From the NCBI RefSeq assembly GCF_009834535.1, contig NC_045697.1, positions 31,312,001 through 31,376,000 on the forward strand: 64,000 bases of DNA, in the 5' to 3' direction. The stretch's first letter is position 1. Every line of letters starts with the position of its first letter. The stretch is from Camelus ferus (taxonomy: Eukaryota). The notes beneath the pieces were generated by a model, which did not search any database, was not told the DNA's origin, and saw nothing but the letters and a program-made list of their open reading frames with translations. This document shows positions 40,981-54,631 of the stretch, in pieces. The translations under genes and the position numbers were made by a program.

Positions 40981-41149
40981 TCTCCCATGGAGACATTTGG
41001 GACAAATTTCTGTTAAGAAGTAGCATGATCTCTGAGATTTCATGATCTGTCCAGCACTCCCTCAAAGGGGACCTAAAAATACCAAAGCGAAGCTAATCCG
41101 AAGCATGGGCCTTATATTAGTTTTAGGCCCCGTGGGGTTGATGGAGTGG

Positions 41150-41548
41150 TGACAAAGATTCACTCCTTGAGCAAACTTCAGTCAGTTCCCCTGAACCCCT
41201 TTCTCAGCCTCCATCTTTGGGTTTCCGTGTTTGTCATTATACGGTCCAGTTTAAGCAAGAATCCTGCAGAATCCTGCCAAGTCTGTTTAGCAAGAACCCC
41301 CCACCTTTAATATCTGGTCACCCTGGCCTACCTTCAGTAAGAACACTGTCAGGTCGGCTTAGCCAGAATCCCCCTAATATAGCCATCTCCCAACTCCCCA
41401 AATTGACCTTTGGTTTTAAGTCCCCACCTGTCTTTGCTGTATTTGAACTGAGCCCAGTTCTCTACTGAGGCCTCTTTCCCTCTGTGGTGATAGTTCCTGA
41501 ATAGAGCCTGTTTTTACCACTTTAACTGCTATCCAGTTTTCTTTGACA
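41150..41548 (+). mobile_element. MER31-like ERV1 solo LTR
   Basis: 'tgacaaagattcactccttgagcaaacttcagtcag..agaatcctgccaagtctgtttagcaagaaccccc..tttctttgaca'; flanks gtgg/gtag. Confidence 0.75.
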
Positions 41549-43496
41549 GTAGATATAACCGACAAAGCCCAGATGAACAGAATCATGGCGCTAGAGCAAC
41601 TCCAAACAGTTTTGCCTTCAGTTTAGCGTCATCCCAGCTACAAAAGCAGTGCTGAGCAAGTCGTGTGGTTTCAGTGGCCCCAGCTGGCAGAGCAGGGCTG
41701 CAGATACTGGAATCCTGGCCCAGCCTCAAATAGACAGACTTTTAACTATTTGGTGTTTGATTAGCCAACTCTACTTTTATGGATTACAGAAAGTATTTGT
41801 ATCCCAATTTGAAGTGCCATATATGTTGCATAGGTAGAGTTTGGTGTTTATTCTATTTTATTATTTCAACTCAAAAGTATCCATACTTTCATGAGTGATG
41901 AGAAAGTAAATTGAGTGACAGTGGTCTGGAACTAGAGATACGAGGAAGTTCAAGATCTCTTAATAAACAATACCTGGTACCGACGGGATGTTTTAGAAGA
42001 AGGATAATATTGCTGCATACAAATGTGAGGAATTATTACTGTATCTGGAAACCTTCTGTTTGAATTAGTTCATTATATGTTTTAGTTTGAGTACATGTGA
42101 AAAAAAGAAACAAATTGAAAAACCGTACACAGGGATTACACAAAGTTTCAAGAAATAGATGCAGCAAATGCTAATGGAATTGTCACCTTGGCTGGTAAGT
42201 GTTTCTGAAGGGAGTTCCCAAAGAATAGCCATTTAAGTAAAAAATGCAATCGTTAACACCTTGATCAACATTCATAGCATGTTTCTGGTTTGCATTATTC
42301 TTTTTTATGCCACCATATATAACTACTATGATAGTAAGAAGAGAAAATTATAGTCTTTTTTGGCATTTCCCAAGCAAATATTTTTATATTATATACATAT
42401 ATGTAAATACATATATATATTTATGTGGTATCACTATGGATAATATTTGCTGTCATTTCTATGATATCCATAGAAATGATACTAAATACTAACAACTGGT
42501 CAGATGGTTAAAATGACTTTGGGGTGAGTTAGCATATAAAATGTGGCAGAAATAGTAATAATTTCCCATGAAGTGGTGGTTATTAGCAGTCAAGATAATA
42601 AGACAAGAAAGAAATTGTTAATAAGCTAAACAAATAGTATTTTCTCAGAGTCATTTTTGTTAGAAGAAAAATGTATGAGTGTAATAATACAGGATTATTT
42701 CTCTAAATTACTTTATTCCTAACAACCGTGATTAATTATTATTAAGAATAGATTTTCAGTTACCAATACAAATATTTTTTTCTTTTTCTGCTGTTAAAAA
42801 TTTCTAAATAACACACGAATTTCTTCATGTGCCTCTTATTTTTGCTTACAGAATTTCTAAGTATAATTTTACTTATTTCTTATCCACCCTGGTAGATCTA
42901 AAACTTCTATAAAGAGGGCATAAACATGCTTGATACAGTTGGCAATTAAATGTGGCTTCTGGCAACGTGGTCTGGCCACAAGTCCAGGGGTGGGCAAGTA
43001 CAAAGAAACAGATGATGTTCTTGCATGAATGTTTCAGGTCTTCTGTGATTCATGAAAGCCAGTGACAGGCTTTTCAGATAGTGACGGATGAGGCCAGTCA
43101 CAGGAATGCCTGTGGATGGAGGTAAAGAAGGAAGTCTGGGACATGTAAAACAAAACCCTCTGGTGATTCCTCGGCTCCACGTGATCTAACAGAGGAAAAT
43201 CGGTCATTACTGGGAACATTGCACTGTTCAGAAAGGACATGTTCAGATTCTCAAGGGAAACGTCAGGTGCTCACTCTCACTAAATGAACGGTAGGAGTGC
43301 TCACGGGCAATGGGCGAAAAGAAGAGCCCGCATCACGCTTTGTGGGGCCGAAAGAGCCCTGGCTTCGGAGAGGAGTGACACGCTTCACAATTTTGTCTCT
43401 GAAATATGCTATTTGACTTTTGAATTTAAACTAGTGTTTACAAGCATGAGTGCCCTCACCAGTAAAACAAGAATAATAATACCTCTGACTGTGAAA

Positions 43497-44068
43497 GGAT
43501 CACTATGAAGATCACATGAAATGCTGTATGTAAAAGGCCCTGAATATCTAATACATACTCTTAGGTATCAGTGTATATAGACAAAGAAAAAAAATTAATC
43601 AGAACAATCAAACATCTAGATTGAATCCTAATTGTACAATACACTTCCTAATTTTTTGTCTTCTGATCATTATTTTGTGTCTTCTGATTTTTAAGGATCA
43701 TTATGAAGATCACATGAAATGATACATGTAAAAAGTTCTGAGTACCCTTGTATACTTATAGGTATCAGTGTGTATAGACAAAGAAAAAAATTAAAAAATA
43801 ATCAAACATCTGGATTCAATCCTAATTCTACTACATACTCCCTTCTTTTTATTTTTATCTCCTGATCATTATTTTGTACCTTTTGATTATTAAGGATCAT
43901 TATGGAGATCACATGGCATATATGTAAGAAGTTCTGAGTACCCAGTGTATACCTGTAAGTATCAGTGTATATAAACAAAGCAGAAAAAAAAGAAAAAAAA
44001 ATTTAACAGCTGGATTCAATGTTTATTCTACTACATACTCTCTTACTTTTCGTGTCTTCTGATTATCA
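43497..44068. repeat. Diverged ~199-bp tandem triplication built from MIR pieces
   Basis: Units start 'ggatca(c/t)tatg(a/g)agatcacatg' at 43497, 43695 and 43894 and share 'gtatcagtgt(a/g)tata(g/a)acaaag'. Confidence 0.93.
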
Positions 44069-44199
44069 GCTTCCTTACCTTTAGAATATTGATAACATAT
44101 ATGTTATCATATTTTACTGAAATTTATATCAAATAACACACGTAAAACACTTAGTACAGTGTCCAGCACATATCAGAGCTTCGTATAGAAACTGTTCCT

Positions 44200-44455
44200 T
44201 TGTTTAGTAATTTTTAATGCTTATAGAACATTTACTTTGTGCTAGACACCATGTATGTATTAGCTCATTTTATTCTCACAACCACCTTTGGAGGAGTCTA
44301 TGATCATCGTATCCACTTTATGGGCGAGGAAATCCAGGTGCGTGACAATTAAACAATTTGTCCAAGGTCACACAGTGAAGAAATAGTGATGCCGGATTTC
44401 AAAATAAGGCAAGAGAGTTTCAGAGCTCTGCTGTTAACCATCCTGCAATACTGTC
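44200..44455 (-). mobile_element. MIR SINE
   Basis: 'ctcattttattctcacaaccacc..aatttgtccaaggtcacacag..ggatttcaaaataaggc..cagagctctgctgttaacca'. Confidence 0.8.
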
Positions 44456-46499
44456 TCAACGTGGAATTGTTGAAAAAATATTGTTTATAATCATCTACTG
44501 TGTGTAGGAGTGTGTTCTGAGTACTGCGCATATAAGATGGAATAAGATAGGCTTTAATATATATTTAGGGAAACAGAAGGTATTAAAAGACATGAATAAT
44601 TTAAGGGAGAATAAGTGTCCCTAAGTGTTTAGAAATAGAACCATTTCTCAAAAATATGATAGTTTCACTGCAAGGAACTATTCTAATGCTTTGAAGCCAG
44701 GTGGACCTGAGTGGAAAGAAGGCATTCTGGAGGAAGGAAGGCAGAAAATCAAGGGTCCAATGTGATATTTTGGGAGAGGGACAATGAGAGAAAACTCTAT
44801 TTCAATTCCTTTAGCAATTCGACTGTGACAAAATTGCTGCTCTCCACAAGCTCATTACGCGTTTCTTCTCAGGGTTTCCATCAGGCTGAATTTCCAGATA
44901 CAAAAAGACAAGGAGCCCTAACAGTTTGGAGAGTCAGATTAGAGGATCAAAGTTATTTTTCTTTGGTGAGAATTCCTGCTACCATGGTGAAGATGGTTGG
45001 TTTACCTTATTCATTGCACGTGGATCTTTGGGAAGCAGTTTCTACAGTAAGAATGGAATAAAATTCATTTCTAGGCTAGCCTCAAGTCTGAATATACTCT
45101 GAGATACCTTATCAAAAGGAAAAATTGCCACTTTACATCTGATAAAATATATTATTTGGGGATGATTCTGGATGGTAAGGCAGAACTGTTAGTCCCCTGC
45201 AAAGATGGACCTCCCCTGCTTATCAGAAGACCTTGAAGCCGGGCCTCAGAGAAGCAGCTGGCTTGCATCTGTTCCTCAAGGAGAAGAAAGTCCCAATTAC
45301 TCCTTTGCTTGCTCAGTTTAGTCTAAAATACTACCCATGTTTGAAATGAATAGCCTGAGGAAAGACTGATCAAAATCTCTCAGGCAAAACTATTTTCGCC
45401 ATGCACGGTTAAAAAGGTAATCAAAATCTCTTCCTCCTACGTGTGTATTTCACTGATATTAGAAGGACTGTGTCCCGATACCTCAGAGGGGAAACAATTA
45501 TCCTTCCCCTTATCCAGGTTGTCTAGTCAAACTGAGGGGCCAAGAATGTCCCCAAGCCACATCTCCACTGATTTCCTCTCTCTTTTTTTTAAATTTCTGG
45601 TTTCTGCCAGAAAATTGGCTCTGGCTGCTCATTTCTTCATGTTATGGAGTCTGCCTGGCTTGTTCCACTATTTCCTTTAAACTTTTCCAGGTCCCTGGAA
45701 TGAAGGGATTGTGATCTGAATTTTCTCTGGGTTAGATTCCAATGACACATTGGGAAGAAAAAACACCATCTCTGCAGCGTACCTGGTTATTTAAAAATGC
45801 ACCCGAGAGTAGAAAATCCTGCAGCTCCATCAGAATTCTCAAGGGGACTTGATGAAATGACTTGAGCTTAAAATAGGAATTAGCAAATGTTTATTCCTGT
45901 TAACGGCAACATTGCAAACTGTTATGTATTTAGTTGACCCTCTATAGTTTAGTGCTTTGTTCCTCTGAAGTTACTGAAAATGAATTTAAGTGATGAACTT
46001 GGGGTAGTAAAGTAAATGTAGGAAGAATAGGAAAAATGTGATCTGTTTTTAGGCTGTTATACTAGACTACTAAATGTCCAAAAAAACCCCAAAAACACTA
46101 CAGGAAAAACTAAGGAAGAGTCAGATCGGCTTGTCTGGACTGCCCAGTCAGGAGCCTTCTAAGCTATGTGTGTGGAGCAGAAGGAAACTGGAACAGAAAG
46201 TACCACTGAGATGGGGCTCCTGTCCCAGATGAGCTCAGTAGGGGTTGAAGCATGGGCTGGATAAATGCATGAGTGAATGAATTAATGAATCTATTTTAAC
46301 TCAAACCAAACTGAAGTGAAGGAAGGGTGGGATTCATGCCACCTGAGTTAAGTGAAAGTTTAAATTGAGGTTGAAGTGGCCTCATGACTGGCTGCACAGG
46401 GAAGACACCCAGAAACCGAGAGACAGGATTTTAGGATTAACCAAGTCAGCGCAGTGTAGTGGGGGAGGCTTTCCAGATTTCAGTTATAAACACATGGCT

Positions 46500-47000
46500 T
46501 TTACTCCTCATTTCATTTATTTATTGGTTCCACAGGCATTAATGAAGGCCTACTATGTGCCAAGCAATAGCTGGACATTAGGCATATAAGCACGAGTGGT
46601 CTATCATCTCAAAATCCTCTGATAAAATGAAAGGGACACACAAGCAAACAGCTCATCCCAATTCAGTGCAATTCATGCTGTAAGAGAGGTTTGTTCCAGG
46701 CTTTATGGGAGCAGTGCGGCAAGCAAGCACAGCAGCGTTTAGGGCTGAAATAAGGTTCACCGAGGAGGTGGGATGTAGAAATACCCAGATTCAGCGTTGT
46801 GAATAGAGGGGCAGACTCTGCAAAAACACAGGTGAGAGAAGAGTCTGTTGTGTTTAGAAAATACGAGGTGTTTTCCATGGGTGTAAAGAACATATTTGGG
46901 TGGTACCCAGAGATGAAGCTGACAGGATCATTTATAGCTAAACGGTGAAGCATTTTGTATGACATGTAAGATGGGTTGAATTAATCCTATATGCAGGTAA
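46500..47000 (-). mobile_element. L2 fragment
   Basis: 'ttcatttatttattggttccacaggcattaatgaaggcctactatgtgccaagc'. Confidence 0.65.
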
Positions 47001-50000
47001 CATGGATGGTCTGGATTAGTCGCCAGGCAGCACATACAGATAAAGTTCAAGTGGAGACATTCTCTGAGAAGGTAGGAATGAAAGGATATTCCCTTAGAAG
47101 ATACAGGGTCGGTCATCTGTTGTCAAATCAACCAGAGATAGTTGTCATTGGATAACTTCTGGTAAGAGCTGAAATATTTTTCATGTGTATGCACAGGTGC
47201 ACACATGTGTGCATAAATATTTATTTCTGGAGTTCAGAAGAAGGGGATTGTGCAGAAAAATGACATCACAAAGAAAATCACAGCTTCAGTCAGCTTCCAG
47301 AACCACTTGGAGCAACTACTTTTAACTTGGTAATTCTACGCACACACAGACCAAATAACATTCTTCACACAGTGCTAATATCCTGTGGGTTTTTAAAATG
47401 GAGCTAATCAGGTTCAGTCTGAGGATCTCATTAGAAAGTTAGTTAGAGTTGGAATTTGTGCTTCCATGTTGAATTAGTCTATGTTGACAGAGAAACAAGG
47501 CCTCATGCTGACATGCATGAAAAGTGCATCCCTTTTGTGCACTTTTCAGGGTGCACAGGAGAGAGAGAAATTTTTTTTTTTTGCCATGTTTGTCTCCTGT
47601 GTATGAAAGCAGACACTGACTGAACATAAAGCGTGGGGGTGATGCTCATACAAGGATACTTAGGGTAATTTATAAACTTTTTGAAAAAATTATTGTATTT
47701 TGGAAAAATATTTTATACATCCATATGTCCAATACATTGAATCACTCAGATTCCAGGAGAAAGCAAATGCCTGCAGATCTTAGTTATTAACTCTATGATG
47801 GAAAAAAAAATCATTACCTAAGTATTAAGTTCAAATCAACGGGATTAAAACTACTCTGCACTGGATTTTCAAATCTGAAGAACCAGAACCCCATCTATTT
47901 CTGAAGCTCCTGAAGTTGATTTAAACTCCCAAAGCTCTTTTCAAAACCAGTAGAGGCTTCACTTTAAGCAAAGCTTCGTGGTAATAGAGGCAGGATGAGA
48001 AGCTCACTCTACACTGTGAATCTTGATTTCCATGCACTGGTAATTATGTGTGTAAGAGAAGAAGCAAACAGAAATTCTCACCTTACAATAAAGCACTAAT
48101 TGAAATTTACTTTAAACTCACATAATGCCTTTCTTACAAGCAAGTAAAAAGATTTCTTTATTTATAAAATAGTTTTTTATTGTTTCTTGCAATTTATAGC
48201 ATTAGGTGCCTAGCAAAATCCACCTGTACATGTTGATTTGTCTGTACTTCTGAAAAGACACAGAACAATAGGGTAACTTGGGTTCCAACTTGACAGGAGT
48301 GATCTTGAATGACCTGTTAATCTCATTGACATTTTTCTTCTCAGCAGAATGTGGCTTAACAATGTTCTGTTACTTTTGTCATAGAATTGTTGTGAGGTGG
48401 ATATGAGGCAAAATATGTTGAAGCATTTTGTAAAAGATAAAAAGCTACAGACAACATAGGACTTTTAGAATAGGATATCGGAAGTCCTGCTCAAGATGCA
48501 GCAACAAGCCTCACTATGCTACACATTGGCTTGAATTCTAATTTCAAAATCTTTCCCCTTGGTACCGAAGATGTCTACTAGCTCATTCCCATTAAATTGA
48601 AAGGCCTCATGAAGAGATTGACCTTGTCCTTTAATTATAGCTTTAAAACACAGTGCTAGACGCGTCAGAGGTCAGGGCCTTGAAGTTCATTGGCTTGCAG
48701 ATGAAAAGTGGATGGAAGCCAGGTATATCTATTTCAGGTAATTATATAATGTACTATTTTTATAAATACCTTTAATGAAATAAAAACTATGAAATATAAT
48801 ATTTATTTAGGCCTTTAAATAAAATCTTCAATTTAATGTTTAGTAGTAATATTTATAAATATAAGTTAAATGTCTTTCTGTCTCCTCTACTCAAATTGTA
48901 GTTGACAGTCTTAAGCCAAATATGGATAGACTACTGAATATAATTTCCTGTTCTGACTTTTTGGTCAGAATCAATCTGTTTATCATTTTGAAGTATAAAC
49001 AAATCAGGGCGAAAAAGAGTCACCAAGCCTCACAGGAGGTAACAGAAAGAAAAATCGATCACACTCAGTGTTGCTAAAAATGGTGTATTTTAATAGGTGA
49101 GTTTTTCCAGCATGCGGCTTGAAACTGTTTTCATGTTAAATAGAATTTAATAGAAAATGACAGCATGTGGACTGCCCGCTATCATTATTTGATAGTTCTT
49201 TGGCTTGGATTTCTTGGAGTCACCGAACATATGAAGTTTGGTACTAAGCACCTTTATTGATGTGTCAGTCATCTTTTTGCAGAACCACCAAAGATAATCA
49301 GATGAAGTATCTAAGGGGAGCACTGAAGAAAAACAGGCATCAACCGCATAAATTAAAGCCATTAGCTCATTATTTTATTATACATCTGCGTACTGGGTTC
49401 TATCAGGTACCTAAATGATCACTTCCAAAAAACACTTTGGAATAAAGCATACCAGCTGTTAGCTAGTGATAAGTCAAATAAAGTAAAGAGACTTCTGAAC
49501 AATTTAGATCTTCAGGATGAAGTGAGGCAGATTACCTACCTGCTAACGTCCATGTTTCTAGAAGTTCAAGAGCTTCCTCGGCAGTGGTATTTATGAGTAA
49601 TCTGTGATTGAATAAGTGGCCTTAAAAACCAGTGAGTACCTTTGGAATTCCAAGTAAACGTTAAATATATAGTTGTGATGTCTAATAATAACCTCTGAAC
49701 ATTGGAATTTAAGCAGGAACTGAAATTGAATATTAAATGAGCTGAGCGAAGTCAAGCTGGTAGAATAGTTTTGAGCTGGACCATAAATATTGTTGAGTAG
49801 TCTAAAGGATGTTTGCACTAACATCTGAAAGGGTAAGTGAAGAAACTACAGAAGAAAATTAAAATAAGCAATTTTGTAAACTTATGAATAAAAGAATAAT
49901 AATCTTTGCTCATGAAAACATAGACATCTAATGCATGCTGAGCACATCTACAGGCAAAGAATGGTGTCTTAGAACTAAGTGCTTTAAAATCATGATCAGT

Positions 50001-51110
50001 TTTGGGGGAAAACTGATTGCTTTATTGAAGGGCTTTTTTAACATATTAGGTTAGCAATTACTTGAAGCAAATGGTTGTTTTCCTTTAGAAAACACCTATA
50101 AATTAAGGAGTGTTACTAGTGTGTCCAGATTGAAGTTGCTCATATGCTCATGTGAAAGGGAGTTATCTTCACATGTAAAATATATATTCTAACAAAAGAA
50201 GTTATTATCATATGTATATTATTTTGATTGATGAAAATAGTGAATTTAATTTATTGCTGAGAATATATGAAGTACACATTAATTTATATACACTGATTAA
50301 GCAATGTAGTCTTACAAAACAACTACATTGAAATAGATCCTATATACTGGTATGTTGGATGAGTATCATGCTGTGATCTTAGTGACCTTGCCTTTCTTTT
50401 TGTCTCAGGGTTTAGTTTCCTTATTCAGAGTTAATTCATTTGCATTGCGTATTAGTCTGTGGTCAGGAAAACTGGGCCTCTCCAAGTATTCGGTGAACAT
50501 GATGTTTAATATAGGAATTTCAATGGCTATATTTTTACCAAAGAGAAGAGCTGGGGGAGTAAATACCTGAAAATCTGTGTCTATAGAATTGGAGAAAGAG
50601 TCCCCCTGACATTCACCTGTAAGCAGCTCTGACGCAGAATGAGAAAGCTGGAGGTCGTGACAAAGGCTTGTGTCCCTGTGATGTTGCAGAAGCCTATGGA
50701 GCATCGTGGATGCTGAGTGGGAGCTTGCTGAGTCTGCCCACCCTGGCCTCTGATGATAATGGCCTCTGCTTTGCTGAGCTTCCGACTCATGAAAGTTCAC
50801 TGCAATGACAAACTCCTCTACCTCAAGCATGTAGGAGATCCTGGGAAACAAAGTTCCCGATCCTGAAGAGACAGGTGGTGACGATGCCAAGTTGACAACC
50901 AATCCTGCACAGCTTTATACTCATGAAATATTTTTGTTTTGTTTTTGTTTTTGTTACTATTTTTTTCAGTCAAAGTTATGTATGTTGTTCTTATTTCAGG
51001 AATAAACCACCTGCTATGTATCACTATTCCGATTACACAAAATGACCAAAAGGACCAAGACAAATTTTCTTTGAAAAAAACAAAACAAAACAAAAATCAA
51101 CACCAATTTT

Positions 51111-51117
51111 TTCTTTC

Positions 51118-51175
<58 letters not shown>

Positions 51176-51338
51176 CACACATATTATTGAAGTATAGTCA
51201 GTTTACAATGTTGTGTCAATATTTGGTGTACAGCATAATGCTTCAGTCATACATGAACATACATATATTCATTTTCATATTCTTTTTCACCATAATTGTC
51301 ATTCTAAGTGAAGCAAGCCAGATAGAGAAAGAAAAATA
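51111..51338 (-). mobile_element. Short 5'-inverted L1 with TSD; tail converted to (AT)n
   Basis: Antisense 3' UTR ~51185-51295 plus sense ORF2-end piece ~51296-51340; TSD caacacc(a/t)atttt at 51098-51110 and 51339-51351. Confidence 0.88.
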
Positions 51339-52679
51339 CAACACCTATTTTCTGAGGCTTATTCTAGTCAACAGGAAGTTAACACTAAGGTTGGGATTTC
51401 TCGTTGGGAAGTTGAAGGGCAGAAATCTAATGGAGGTTTGGAGCATGGGCAATTCTACCAGCTACCTGTTACTCTTTACAAATTCAGAGCTGCAAAAGCC
51501 CAATGTACCTCTTCTAATCCTTCAAATTTTAGGTGGCTGTAAGTTTCTGGAGCAAAGAAGCAGTGCTTGATCTGTAAAGCATTCATATTATCTAGCAAAT
51601 TGTATTGCTAAGTAGATGGCTTTTAAAAATGGTTTGTGTCTAGGAGAGCCATATAGTATAGTACTTATAATGTTTTTATTTGGATTAGAAACAAACACTT
51701 TGCTTTGAGTCTTATCTCTTCCATGTACTGGGTGATCCAAATATATTACTAAATATCCTTAAGGCAGGAATTCTTAATTTTCAGATGAGGATAATAATAT
51801 TGTTTACTTTTGTGGGGAATGCTTAATCCTACCTTTAAGATTCCCTTTCTGTGGTTTGAATTCATTTTAGCAAAACACATGCACTTTCTTTCCTTTAGTC
51901 ACTCTCCTCACTGGAAACGAAAGTGAACCACTATATTGTTATTAAATAAAGTAATTCAGTTATATGCACTTAAAAAACTTCAATAAACATGTTGGTTACT
52001 GTTACCACAAGTCAGTCTGAAATTAAATATCTGTAAACCAGTGACTGCATGGTTTAGTCCATGTATCATTTGTAATAAACATTTTTCCAAATGCTGCTGT
52101 CCTAGCATAGTTTCAATCAAATTTTGAAACATTTCATTGTTAATGGTACTATGAATAGGTACTAAAAGCCAAATATTTTGCTTCAATGATTGTTAAGAAG
52201 TAATGTAATATAATGAAAATACATACTGTAAACACCCTGGAATCTCTTACCTTTCCTCCCAAAATTGATTTGTAATATTTGATATACTCAACATATCTTG
52301 GGTTCTCTCCTGATAAAGGGAAATATCGGTATTTTTAACCTTATGAAAATGCTTACATGATTGGCAATATCTACCAGCCTTGGCTCAGTGAAATACAATG
52401 GAATTTATCATGGACTATAATTAATCTTTATTTACCTTTTGAGTTCTTATATTTTATAGAGAGAGCTCAAGGACCTTATATGGGTGACAAATCATTTTAT
52501 TTTTTACAATAACCTATTTTGCCCAAATTATACTCTCAACTTTCTGTGTAATTAAATTTTTCACATACTTTTATTGTCGATAAACATTTTCAAATTATGT
52601 TTGCATCTTTTCTTCTGCCTCATAAAGTATTTCTTCTACTTTGGTTGTAATAAAAAATGCTTGGATTGTAATATTGATG

Positions 52680-52880
52680 ATAGTAAAGTTAATAGCAATA
52701 TTGTTGAATACTTACTCTATGCCAAGTAGCTATATTTCTTTCCCATTTTACAGATAAGAAAATGGTGATACAGAATAGCTAAGTGATTTAGCTACGATCA
52801 CATAGCTATCAACTGTGGAGCTGGATTATTATAACTCTGGCTCCAATGCATATTTGTTCTTAAAAATTATACCACGTTGT
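52680..52880 (-). mobile_element. MIR SINE
   Basis: 'cccattttacagataagaaaatgg..taagtgatttagctacgatcacatagcta..tctggctccaatgc'. Confidence 0.75.
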
Positions 52881-53654
52881 CTCGTGATCTGTGTCTTCAT
52901 AAAACAGTGATGACAAAGCTTAACTGTGTGTTTTCTCATAAACTTTAATTCTAAAAGAATTCACATGATGCTTTTTTTTATCTCCTTTGAATGAGATAGG
53001 CTAGAATATTGTGAAAGGTTGATTGCATACTCCCAATACAAAAAAATTATCTTTAACTTCAAGCTTTGTTCTTAGGCAAAATTAAGTAGGGTATGTGATG
53101 TGCATATTAGAATAAGGAGAGTAAACAATGTTTTCTTATGCAAACCTCTTTAATAAAACATTTTTTTTTAACAAGGTGACATTTTAGTGTGAAAAGAGAA
53201 GTTGACTAATCACAGAATGACTATAAGAAAAGAATGATTCAATATCAGAATCTTCGAGCTAAATAAAACAAAAATGGATAACTTCTCCATAAATTCATTA
53301 AAGAACTTTAACTCAATTCAAATTTGAGTAAATACCAAGTCTGTTATCTGTTTGCTTTCAAAATTGCATTCTGTTGTATTTCTGGAATGTGTATTTAACA
53401 TTTGATAAGTAAGCAAAATTATAAAATTTAATGCATATCAGAACCATTTTAATTTTTATTAGGTTTGATATAATTGCAAACTTGGACCTAGAACACGCTT
53501 CTCAGAATTGACCTAGAATAATTTTGAGAGGAACAGATACATTTCTAAAAATATCTCTTTACACTAATGTGGCAGAAATTATGTATGTAGTTTACCCCTA
53601 TTTTGGTGAAGGGGAAGTTAAATATTTTCTTTTTTGACATAATAGAAATCTATT

Positions 53655-53775
53655 TACTTTATTTATTTTATTTTTTTTATTAAAGTACAGTCAGTTTACA
53701 ATGTTGTATCAATTTCTGGTATATAGCATAATGCTTCAGTCACACATGTACATACAGATATTCCTTTTCATATTT
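53655..53775 (-). mobile_element. Very short L1 3' end
   Basis: 'aagtacagtcagtttacaatgttgtatcaatttctggtatatagcataatgcttcagtc' after a T-rich tail; tagaaat occurs on both flanks. Confidence 0.85.
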
Positions 53776-54565
53776 AGAAATGTGATTTAATACTTTTAAT
53801 ACTTGAAACTTCAAGGATAAATCTAGGTCTAAACTTTACCATGTATTGTCTTGCTCATTTTCAAGCATAATTGTATGATGAAAATTGTTGTGATATTCTA
53901 AAATGGAAACTGGAAACACTTTAAAGGGTAGAACTTCCCTAAGGGAAATAAAAGTGTTGGTTCACATTGAACATTTGCTCAGGTATTAAAACACAGAAGC
54001 CAAATGTCCTCCAAACGGCAAGGTGCCTGCTAACAGTCCTGGAGGCTCAGAAAGATGTGTGTCTGGTATATGAGGCAGAGGGAAAATCTGGACCAGTGTC
54101 AGAAAAAAACCTACAAGAATAGTTCACCACCCATTGTTCCTGTTTAGAGTCCTATCTAAGACTTTAGGGAAACTAGTCCAGTACATTCAGGCCACATTTC
54201 AATGTCACCTCTGCTGCCTACCCCCACAGGAACAAATTCACTTGTCAGGTTTGGAACATGCTCATGCTACTGAGAAAACACTGCAGCTATATTGCACTAT
54301 GTTTGCCCTTGGGTGTCAGAGGAAGAATTCACATAAGAAAAGAGAAAAGCATTACCTGAGAGATACAGCGCCCCGGGAAGCTGTACATCGAGTGGTGTGG
54401 GAGCAACACTTACTGGATGGCAAGACAGACATCCGGACTACCGTGCTGTAATTGACATCCTAACAGCGCCCAGGGATGATCCAGCCTGTGTCATCTTCCC
54501 GTTAGAAGATGCAATCTTAGATGCATTTGTTTCCCTTGGAGTCTTTTGTGTGCGTACGAGTGTGC

Positions 54566-54631
54566 TTTTTAATGGAAGTACTGGGGATTGAACCCAAGAC
54601 CTCAAGCATGCTATACCCCAATACCCCGCCC
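54566..54631 (-). mobile_element. tRNA-derived SINE (camelid Vic-1-like), internally deleted
   Basis: Reverse complement gggcggggtattggggtatagcatgcttgaggtcttgggttcaatccccagtacttccattaaaaa; B box GGTTCAATCC at 54585-54594. Confidence 0.8.

Noticed and set aside
42133..42194. Possible plus-strand exon ending CTG|GTAAGT (DYTKFQEIDAANANGIVTLA)
   Set aside because: The upstream acceptor is A-rich with no polypyrimidine tract, and no partner exons were found.
49155..49259. Short hydrophobic ORF MTACGLPAIIILIVLWLGFLGVTEHMKFGTKHLY
   Set aside because: 34 codons with no promoter, splice or homology support; expected by chance.
54575..54631. Functional tRNA gene
   Set aside because: The A box/D-arm is missing and an A tail is present, so it is a SINE.
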